The notes below the pieces were generated by a model that did not search any database, was not told where the DNA came from, and saw only the letters and a program-made list of their open reading frames with translations. A stretch of DNA of 61,338 bases, the filler included, from Rhizaria sp. SCN 62-66 (lineage: Eukaryota), in assembly GCA_001724265.1 (NCBI GenBank). It is 3 parts of 3 records of this genome, joined end to end, with 100 filler letters (N's around TTAATTAATTAA, not from the genome) between each part and the next. Parts side by side here need not be neighbours in the genome. Positions count along the whole stretch, not along the records: positions 20,664 to 41,085 come from MEDY01000457.1; positions 41,186 to 61,338 come from MEDY01000458.1; 1 more part is not named here. The stretch is one strand, 5' to 3'. Positions 36,401 to 46,463 of the stretch are shown here, one piece after another. Position numbers and translations under genes: made by a program. Position 1 is the first letter of the stretch; each line of letters starts with the position of its first letter.

Positions 36401-36894
36401 CATCTACACTGGGAACTTTCGTCCACAGCTGTTTTGTGCCGCTACTGTATTCTGCATCATCCCTTCCGTTTGTCACTCTGTACCACCCAAACGATGAGGT
36501 GCCGTGCGCTACCAGTCTTGCGTTACCAGAGACCGACATTGTATATGGTGAGTACAATGAGTATAACAGTGCTATAACCTATCCTGTTGGCACGGTGTTA
36601 ATGTATCCTCGTGCAGTAGTTTCGGACGGGGTCAACGGTGAACCGACGTACAACACGCCGTGGTTTATTACCTTTGAGCCCTGCGCATCCAGCATGTTGC
36701 GCGGTGCGGTGCCTGTTGGTCGCGTTATGTCTTGTCAGGCAGAGTCCTCCACGTCGAATGTTGATAACATGAGTCAACCCTTTGACGAAACGGCCCTGAA
36801 CTGCTTCCAATCTTCCTGCAGTGCGGGCAGCTGCTATAAGAATTGCGACAACACATATTCAAGTTTTGTTTATAGCAGCTTTGAGAGTAAGTAA
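33450..36894 (+). CDS. Cys4 zinc knuckle, B-box, coiled coil and degenerate cyclophilin-like protein, ~913 aa, with an in-frame TAG at codon 61
   Basis: Exons 33450-33545, 33752-33820, 34043-34177, 34453-36894 (TAA), all phase 0. CLGC...CASC; B-box CHKH*...CNPCNAPACHQC...HAGH; coiled coil 'AEEATVKERLEAAEAA...'; cyclophilin-like segment at ~36330-36730. Confidence 0.65.
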
Positions 36895-37243
36895 GTTCGT
36901 AAACAACTCACCAACAGCCACGATGACTCATCTGCAGTCACGTCAACATAATAGACACATACTCGGACTAGCTCCAACAACAAGATCGCAACAATACTGT
37001 GTCACACCACGCAATAATAGACATTAGGCACTGACCTTACAACATATCGCAATAGAGACAAGAAAAAAAGCAAATCATTTATGATCCGTATCAACAGCGC
37101 AACTGCGACATCGATACCTAATTTAGAAATGTGTCAGAGTCGAACGCAACTATGCTGTATTCCATGGTCGCTTGAAGTGCTGTTAAGCAAGTTGAGCATC
37201 GGGCTTAACCACTCGCTGACTCTGGCTTACTCAGCACCCCCGG

Positions 37244-40200
37244 TCAGAACCTGCCTCCCAGCGCCCCCGCGGCGCTGCCTGTGAGCACTGCGCCCGCGAC
37301 TGCCTGCGCGGGCAGCACCAGCGCCGCCTTGTCGCCGTGGCGGGCCGCGTGCGCCCCACCGTGCGCGCCGCCGCCGCCGCGCAGCCGCGCGTAGCGGCCG
37401 GCGCCCGCGGCCGAGGGCAGCGCGGAGGCAGCCAGCGTCGCCGTCGTCGCCGCCAGCAGGTCGCCGTGGGCTGAGTCGCCGTGCCGCGCACTCGCACTGC
37501 CACTCCCAGTCGCACTCACGCTAGCAGTGGCGGCGAGGCCCTGCTGTGAGCGCGAGTGCGGGCGAGAGAAACCGGCGTTGCCGTCGCCGCTCGCTACGCT
37601 GTTATTAATGTTCGCAGGGGTGAGGTCGAAGAGATCAACGGCGCGGGACGGCGGCCGCGACCGCGCACTTACAGTCCCGCCTACATCCTCCCCCGCGCCC
37701 GCGTGCGCGTTGCTGATTATCACACCCGCGCTGCCGTGGGGCACCGCGAGGCTCTGCGTGTAGCCCTTGCTCAGAAGCGTCTGCGCGCGCGGCGCCGCGG
37801 CGGCTGCCGTCACGCCCGCGGGCCCCACGGTCGCGGGCGTCTGCGGGCCGCGTTGCATGGGCGCGAGCGGTGACGGCGACGACAACAGCACCGCGGCCAG
37901 CGCGCCCGGCGCCGAGGGGCGCGACGGCGGCCGCAGCGCGCTGCCGTCAGGCCCCGGACCCGGGCCGGACGCCGTGCTCGCGGTCGCATCGGCCGCGCTA
38001 GAGTTATTGATGACATCGGCCACGGTCGCCGCCGTTGCAGCGCCGCTCTGAGCATGCGACGGCGACTGATGGGCTTGTGTCTGCGAGTTGATACGGGGCA
38101 AAGCGGCCCCTGCAGCGCGCTGAGACAGCCCCCGCTGCAGCCGTCCGGTCGCCGCAACCGCGCCAAACCCGGTGCCGCCGTTGGCCGCATTAGCGCTGTT
38201 GCTGGCGTGAGAGTGGTTGTGCGCGGGAGCACCGAGCCGGTATTTGTACAGCTGCGCGCCACCGCTGCTAAACCCACCAGTCGTCATGCTCCCGCTGCCC
38301 CCCGCCGCTGTATGCGCGTGCGAGCCCAAGTGGGAGTTCGTTGTGGTGGTGGCAGCGAGTGAGGAGGAGACCTTGGCGAGCTTGGCGGCGAGCTCGGAGG
38401 CAACCTCGTCCGTGTGCGCTGCCTGCTCGCGCGCCGAAGCCAGCAGCAGCGACTCGGAGCGCTGCGCGCGCGCGGTGAGCTCGCGACCCAGGCGGTCCAC
38501 GCGCGTGCGCACCGTCGCCAGCTCTTGCGACAGCTGCCGAGGGGGCCAAACACAGCCAGAAAGAATAGATGTGTGCATGTGAGAAAATAATTAATACAAG
38601 AAGTAAAATATTAACGCAATATTTTTTTTTTTAAAACCACCACAAATATGGCGTTGAAATCAAGCGTAAAAACATGAGGCACAATTTCAAGCTAGCTAGC
38701 ACATTATCAACATGTTGGAGTAATACGTGAGTAGTTTTCATTGAGCGTACCTGCGTTGCTTTGAGTCCGGCCTGCGACTCCTGCTTGATGCCCCTGTCCG
38801 CAAGCGCGGCCTCCGCCCGGCCGAGGCGCTCCTCGACGGCCCTGAAGGCGGTGTAGCAGTCCTTGCCCAGCGCCGCGTTCGCCGCCTCGGCCGCGGCCAC
38901 GCGTGTCGTCAGCGTTGTCTGCAGCACGCCCAGCGCGGCCTCCACAGCCGACACACGCGCGCCCAGCGCGGCCGCCGCGTCGGCGGAGCGACCCGTGGAC
39001 TGGGAGAGTTGCTGGCCCAGGGTCGCGAGCGACACGGCCGTCGACGACGACGCTGAGGCGAGGGAAGAGCGCGTGGTTTCGAGCTGTTGGAGAGAAATAA
39101 TCAATAAGCAAAATAAACAGAAGGTATTTAGATCCAATCCCGTGTTAGAAATATGATTTTAGTGTGAAAAATAGAAATCGTAGTGATCTGTAGTTGGAAA
39201 CATAGTCGTTTGTGCGGTGGCTTACCTCCTCCTCGACCCTGTTTTTCAAGTCGCGCACGAGCGTCCTGACGGAGGCGAGCTGCGTGGTCATGGCCGCGTG
39301 GAAGGTGTCCGCCATGCCCTGCAGACTCTCCTGCAGCAGCCCTAGCCCCGCGCGCGTAGTGCCTGCGGCAGCCGCGGCGGCCGTGGACGCCGATGCCGCC
39401 TCCAGAGTCGACGCGGTGGCCCCCGAGATGCCGCCGCCACCGCCGCCGACAGCCGCGCCGGCCGCAGCGCCCGCAGTCAGAGAGCTGGAGGTGGCGTTAT
39501 GGGTGCCGTCAGCATGAGAAGAGCTAGTAGGGTCGAAATAACTTGTTTTGTGGGTGTTATTATTCGGATTTGTGAACGCGACGAGCGCAGTCGCAGCCGC
39601 CGTAGCAGCGCTGCCGCCAGCCCCGGCAGCAGCACCAACATTGCTGTGGTGGCTGTATGAGTTATTAGAGTTGTTCCCATAGTCATTGTTACTATTTCGG
39701 CCACTGCCGCTGCTGTTCGCGGCGGCGACGGTGGCAAAATGCCTGCTCATGAGCTCGAACTGCCCCTGCATAGTCGTCATGGCCGCCGTCTGCGCCTGCG
39801 CGTGCAGCGTCGCGAACTGCCGCGCCGTCGCCTGGAAGCGCGCCTCCAGCTCCTCTCCGCGCGTGCGCTGCGCCGCGCTTTCGCGCATCACCTTGTCGCA
39901 GAGCCGCGCTGTGAGCGCGCCGCGCTCAACGGCGTCGCGGCCCGCGGCGGCGACGTCGGCGGCGAGCTGACGCCCCCAGGCCTTGGCGGCGGCGTCGGCC
40001 GCGACCGTCTGCCGCGCAAGCAGGATGAGCTCGTCCTTGGCGCGCGCGCCCTCGCCGTCCAGGTGCAGCAAGTGCGCGCGCAGCTCGTCCGTCGCGCGGG
40101 TTGACTAGGCGCGCGCGTGCCGTAGCTCCTCGCGCAGCGTCGACTGCGCGGCCGACAGCGAGGAGAGTTCGGCCAGCACCAGCGCCAGCGTCACGGGCGG

Positions 40201-40618
40201 CTGCGAAGGGCCGACGGAGCCAACGCCAACACTATTGGAACCTGTGGCCGGAGATGATGTTGAGGTGGCGGCGGAACTGGGAGGCAGGAAGCCCTCCAGG
40301 GTGGTTTTGAGCTCGTTGAGCGAGGTCTGAGTCGTCCGTTGCTGTTGGAGGGTGTTGTTTCAGTTTTGATCGAGTGGACAATAGCAGGGAATACGTTGCA
40401 AGCAAAATAAGCATCATGAAAAGTAATTTAATAAATACAAAATTATCAAATAAGACGATTGTATCATTTGAGTCAACTCCAAGGCCTGTACATGTGAGTC
40501 TTTTGAGAGACGCAGCAACGGGAAACCGGCTTGGGTTACGGTCCTGAAAGGTATGTACCTCGATGGCGAGATGACGAACAATGCTCGTGAGAGCTGCAAG
40601 ATCAAGGATGTCCCCCAT
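37244..40618 (-). CDS. Uncharacterised coiled-coil protein, ~932 aa, with an in-frame TAG at codon 99
   Basis: Exons 40618-40559, 40341-39226, 39083-38751, 38533-37244 (TGA), all phase-0 GT-AG. The reading is continuous through TAG at 40107-40105 (…TLREELRHARA*STRATDELRAHLL…). Confidence 0.75.
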
Positions 40619-40860
40619 TTTAGGTCAGGTTAGAGCAGGAAACTCCAGTGACTGCGATTTAGCCGTCGGCCTCAGAGAGTGTGACGATAGTCTCACACAG
40701 ACTGCTTGTGGAGGCTGATTGAGGGTTGAGTTACGTAAGGTTCCTAAGCGATCACAGAAATATAATAAAAACATTCAAAAAAGAAACAACGGTTAAATAT
40801 CAAAATTAGTACCCATGTCTTATCTGACGGACTATATGCTAATGTTGAGAACGGTTTTTT

Positions 40861-40890
40861 AACGATGGCGAAGCAACGATGGCGAAGCAA
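40861..40890. repeat. 14-nt tandem duplication (AACGATGGCGAAGC)x2 upstream of the coiled-coil gene
   Basis: aacgatggcgaagc aacgatggcgaagc aa. Confidence 0.85.
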
Positions 40891-41085
40891 TCTTGCGCAG
40901 ACCCCCCTCGGTCGCCACTCAGCCGTGTCACCACCGTTGTCGCATGATCGTGGTATCGTTTCAAGATAGTACGTAAGCTTGCCGTATGTTACCGCCGACA
41001 TTTAGCATAAAATACCAAGTCTCACAGGCTCACACTGGGGCAAACACCACCCACGGTCGTTTCGGGGCGGGTATATAAAGGTGGC

Positions 41086-41185
41086 NNNNNNNNNNNNNNN
41101 NNNNNNNNNNNNNNNNNNNNNNNNNNNNNTTAATTAATTAANNNNNNNNNNNNNNNNNNNNNNNNNNNNNNNNNNNNNNNNNNNN
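41086..41185. other. Artificial contig spacer (N44-TTAATTAATTAA-N44)
   Basis: Same 100-nt linker as 20564-20663. Confidence 0.98.
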
Positions 41186-44100
41186 CCGCCGCGGCCGCTG
41201 CGGCCGCAGCGCTGGTGGTGGTCGACGCCGCGCTGGCGCCGGCCCCCGCGGCGCCGGCGCCGCCGCCGAGGCCCGCGCCCGCGCCGCCCGCGCCCGCGCC
41301 CGCGCCGTCGCCCGAGGCGGGACGCGCGGGGTGGCGCCAGTTCTCGCGCAGCGCCAGCGCGGTCACGGCGGCCGTGGCGGCGCGCAGGATAGCCCGGAGC
41401 GCCGACTGCGAGAGGTCGTCGCGCAGGTGCGTCAGCGTGTGCTTCAGCACGGGGTGCAGATACAGGCCCTGGCCCTTGGCGCTCACGGTCGCGCCGCCGC
41501 CGCCGGTCGCGGAGGAGCCGCCGGCGCCAGAGCCCGCGCCGCTGGCGAGCGTCTTGCCGCCGCCCGCGGGGCTCTTGGCTCCAGCGCCAGTGCCGCCAGT
41601 GCCGCTGCTGCTCGCGGCTGCGGTAGTTTTGGTGTTGGAGAGCGTGAGGATGAGCTGGTACATGGCGTTGACCGCCTCAGCCGTCTCGCCGACGCAGGGC
41701 AGCGGCGGCACGGCCGTTCCCGCGGTGGCGACAATGCAGTGCGCGACCGGGCCCGTGGCCAACAGCAACGAGTGCGAGCCTACGACGCTGTTGCTCACAG
41801 GTACACCGGCGCCATTGTTGTTGCCGTTGCCGCCGGGCGCGCTGGCGGTGCCGCAGGCGACGCTGCCGACGAGCGGGTTGTTGTACTGCAGCTGCTGCTG
41901 CTGCTCGATCTGCTGCTGTCGCATCACGAACGACAGCGGCCACTGCAGGTACCCGGCCTGTCCGTGCGCCGCGGCTGCCGCAGCGAAGTGGCCGTGGGCG
42001 GCGGGCCCCAGGTGCCCGTGCGCGCCCACCAGCTGCGCGTGCGCGCCGTTGTAGCTGCTATAGTATCCGGCGCCCAGGGCGGCGCCCGCGACGGCGCCCG
42101 CAGCGGTGCTGTAGCGCGCGGCGCCCGCGAGCGCGAGGGGGTGCACTTCCGCGCCGAGCGACCACACGGGCAGGCCCAGCGGCGCGGCGCGGTTCGCGGC
42201 GGTGATCACAGCGGTGTCCAGCCCCGACGGCGCCGCGGCGGTAGTGTGCGCCGTGCCGGTGAAGGCGAGGCCGCCGCCGACGCCGATGAGGCCGCCGGGG
42301 CCGCCGCCACCGCCGCCGCTGCTGCTGCTGCTGAGGGCGAAGTGACTGTGGGCAGAGGGGACCAGGATGCCTTGGCCGCCAGCTGCGCTGAAGCCGCCGC
42401 TGAAGGCACCGTTGCTGCCGCGGTAAGTACTGCTGTTATTGTTGTAGAAGTTGTTGTACGTGTTGACCCCCCACCAGGGCTTGATGCTCACGACGTTGTT
42501 GCCCAGAACGGCGCTCGAGCCCGCGTTGTGGCCGTTGCCCGCGCCACTGCCACTGCCACTGCCTGCGCTGCCGCTGTCCGCGCCACCGCCGCCGCCGCCG
42601 CCGGTGCCCCCGCTGTTGCTGAGGTAGTTGCTGCTGCTGATGGTAGTTTCTGCGGCGGCCACGGTGGCGGCGAGCGAAGCCCCAGGAACGAGGACCGTGG
42701 GCGCAACCGCGGGCGGCGTCGGCAACGGTACTGTAACCACCACGGGCGCGCCTGCGGCGACCGAAGCGAGGATGCTGGTCGCTAGCGGCGTCGCGGCCGC
42801 GTCGGTCAGGTGCCGCGTCAGTGCGTCGCCGATGCTCGCTGAGGTGCTCACGCCGACGGGGGCCGCACTGAGCCCGCCGCGCTTGCCCGAGGTCGACGTG
42901 CTGAGGCTGCTGCTGCTGCTGCTAGCGGTGCTGCCAGACTTACCGCCAGTCGTCGTCACAGTCGTCGTCGTCGTCGTCGTCGTCGTGACCGTGGTCGTGC
43001 CGCTGCCGCTGCTGCCGTCGGCGACCGCGGTCGTCTTGAGCAGTAGCGCCAGCGCGCGGTCGGACAGCAGCCGGGCGGGGCTCACCAGCGACAACAGCAG
43101 TGACGAGTCGTCCTCGGCGTAGCCGACCCCGCCAGCGCCGGCGCCGCTGGCCAGACTGCTCGAGTTGTTGGCCGCGTTGGGGGCAAGGCTGCCGCTGCGG
43201 CGTCGGGCGCTGCCGCTCGAACCGCCGGCGGTCTTGCTCCCGCTCCCGCTCGCGCTCCCGCCCGCACTCGCACTCGCGCTGCCGGCGCTGCTGCCGCTGC
43301 TGCTGGCGGTGTTGCTGCTGAGCTGTGTGAGCGAGAGGTCGTGCCTCGCGATGGCGCCCGTGAGCGCAACCGTGTAGTGCAGCCCGTCGGTGGTGTACGA
43401 GGTCACCTGCGACAGCGGCGTGAGCGGGAAGAGCTGCTCCAGCGCCAGCGCCGACACCAGGCGCGCGCTCGCGCTGCTGCTGGCCGTCCCGCCCGCGACC
43501 ACGGCGGCGCGCGCGCCAGCGCCGGCGAGCGCGCCGCCGCCGCCGCCGCCGCCGCCAGCGCTGGGGGGAAGCACGCCGAGGGAAGTTAGCACACTGCTGT
43601 AGCCGGTGTTGCCGCTGGCGGCGCCGGTGCTGTAGGCGTTGTTGACGTTGCTCGCGGGGTTGTTCAGCGTATTGTTGGTGTTGTTTGTAACGCCGCTGGT
43701 CGCAACGCCAAGCGCCCCGAGACCGGCACCGACGTTGCCGTTGGCGCCGCTGCTGCTGGCGCCGTTTGCGGCCGGGCTGAAGGGCAGCGGGAAGGGCATC
43801 ATGAGCAGGCGCAAGTAGAGCCCCAGGCGCGAGATGACGGATGTGACGACCTTGGCCGCCTTGACGCGGTCGCGCGGCGTCGGATCCCACGTGCGCCGGC
43901 CCGCGGCCGCCGCGGCCGCCGCGGCGCCGCCGTCGCCCCTGAGCGCCGCCGTCGTCGCCGTGACGGCGACGGAGGCGAGGACGCCCGAGACAACGCTGCT
44001 GGCGAGCCGCAGCAGAGGCGGCAGGTGCGCCGCGGCGAGCGCAGTGAGCGCGCGCGCGGCGGCGGCGTTGGCGGCCGACACGAGCGCGGGGGCCGTGCTC

Positions 44101-45961
44101 GCGGCGGGCGTCGTCAGCTGGTGCAGCAGCAGGAACGACATGACGCGCGGCGCCGCGGGGGCGCTCGCGTCGCCGCCGTCGGCCGAGGCGAAGCCATAAA
44201 ACGCGCTGCTACTGACGCTAACCGGATTAGCATTGTTATTAGTGTTGTTCAGGTTCTTGAAGTAGCGGCGCGCGGTCTGCGCGCGGACGCTGGCGGCGGC
44301 CGCGTGGCGCAGCGCGGCGGCGCGGTGCGCGGCGGCGATGTCGCGCAGCCGTGGGAGCGCGAGGGCGAGCTGGCGCTGGTCGAAGCACGCGTCGAGGGCG
44401 CGCGTGAGCGAGTCGGCGTGCGAGACGAAGAAGCCCCACGCGGGGTTGTCGGTCGCGCCGAGCTCGATCAGGTAGCCCAGCAGCCGCAGCGAGTCGCTCG
44501 CACCGCCGCCACCGCCGCCAGAGCCTGCGTTCGTACCGGGGCTGGTGCCGCTGTCATCGTTGATGCCGTCTCTGGTATAACTGCCAGAGCCTGTGCCCGC
44601 GGCCGCCGCCGAGGACGATGAGGAGGACAAGGGCGCCGCGGCGAGGCGCGCCGCGAGTGTGCGGCGGAGCCCGGCGACTGTGGCTTCAACCTCGGCCTTG
44701 GCGCGGAGCAGGATGGCGTTGGAGGCCGCGGGCAGAATGCGCAGGTGGCGCACCTTGGTGTACTCGTGCGTCACGTCGTCGATGTTGCCCAGGAAGATAG
44801 CGTTGCGCAGCTTGCGCGGCAGGTCGAGCAGAAAGCGGTATTTATGCACCGAGGCGAGTGTGCGCCGCAGACGCTCGCGCTCCTCGCGTAGAGACAGCAG
44901 CGGCGTGTAAAACGTGGACAACTTCGTCTGCACTGTCGCCAGCAGGAAGTCAAGTCGCGCCAGCCGGCCCTTGGCCTGCACCGCGCCCGCGCCGTCGCCG
45001 CCGCCGTTGTTGGCGAGAGCGATCGCGGTGTCGAGGTCGCCCTCTCTGTCTCTGTTGTAATTATTGCCACCGCCGCCATTCTTGCTGTCATCGGCGCTGT
45101 CGAAGCGCTTGGGCACTACGAACCCGCCCTTGGCGATGCCGCTGTTGGCGCCGCCGGTGTTAGCGCCGCCGGCGTCGCTGTTATCGATGAGCGCGTTGGT
45201 GGGGCGCGCCTTTTCGGGCTGCACGAGCATCTGGATCACGTCGATGGTGTTCTTGGCCTGGATGAACTGCGAGTAGTGAGACTCTACCAGGCTGCGCATC
45301 TTGCCGTCGTGGCTCGCGCAGATGCGCCGCACCAGCGACAGCCCTTCGGAGAGGTCCGTGGCCGTGGCGCTCGAATGGATCAGAGCCAGAAAGGCGTTTG
45401 GGTTGAACTGGTTGGAGGTCAGGTCGATCGTGCCGGCGGGCAGCCCGGCCTGCGCGAGCGCGGCCAGCGCGGCGGGGAACACGGATGCGCCGTCCGACAC
45501 CAGCGCGAGCGGGTCTCGGCGCGTCTTGGCCAGCGAGGCCGACGCGTCGGACGTGTTGAGTGCGAGCTCCAGCTGCGAGCGCACGACTTCTTCGTGGTCC
45601 ACGTCGTCCAGCGACACCGCGCTCCAGGACTGCGGCGCGCGGTCGCGGTCGCGCGCGGGATCGTAGGTCAGCTCAGCGGCGGAACGGCGCTTGGCTGCGG
45701 CGGCGGCCGCGGCAGCCGCGGCGGAGGTCGTGCGCGTCAGGGCCGAGGCGGCGGCGGGCTTAGATTTGGTGGCCTGGGACCAGATGCCCGGCGACTCCGG
45801 CATGGAGTCATCGCTGTCAGCCGACAAATCAGGCTGTAAGGGTTTAAAGCAAAGTGAAGTATTTGTAAGTTAAACTATACAACGAACGGACTTTGTTGCA
45901 GGGAGATATCGTGCGAAGGAGAAGTGGGTTGAGAACGTACGAGGTCGTCGAGCAGAGACAT
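41186..45961 (-). CDS. SEC5: Exocyst subunit Sec5/EXOC2, 3' truncated by the gap, with large low-complexity expansions
   Basis: Exons 45961-45941 (MSLLDDL) and 45833-<41186. 'FNPNAFLALIHSSATATDLSEGL...LVESHYSQFIQAKNTIDVI', 'KYRFLLDLPRKLRNAIFLGNIDDVTHEYTKV', 'DNPAWGFF', 'LRENW'. Confidence 0.85.
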
Positions 45962-46463
45962 TGGGAATGTGTCTACAGCGACCGCTAGTGGGTCTATGGA
46001 AAACTGTGAGAAAAAACTACAGAGGTGAAAAGAGCGCGCGTAGCGGAAAAGTGAGACTATATGTCAATACACGGAAGATGGAGAGTGATAAAGACTCTTT
46101 TTGGGGACATTGCTCTTGATCTGCTCTCGGTCAATCGTCAAGTTGTGGGTCGCGCGCCAGTCGGTCAATGGACCGAAAAAAGGGCGTTCGTTTTGAACTC
46201 GGCTGATCGAAATATATGCACAGAGAGATAAGATCGACATAATAACGCATATAATTAAACTGATTAACAGGACACACGATGAAGTATTTTGTTTTGTTTC
46301 GCTAATCTCATCTGACGATCAATACTTTGCCGTGTGGCAACTTTCTTACCTCCAGACAGCACAACCGTCACTTCGCTCGCGCCGCTACAAACACAGCCTG
46401 CCCGCGGTCCCGTCTTACTGTTTCCCGCTGCTACCGCGAGCCACGCACGCGCCCGCACGCACC

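Noticed and set aside
20564-41185. Synteny or functional clustering across the whole window; TTAATTAATTAA as a biological motif
   Set aside because: Both gaps are identical 100-nt artificial linkers joining similarly sized contigs, so order across them is not informative.
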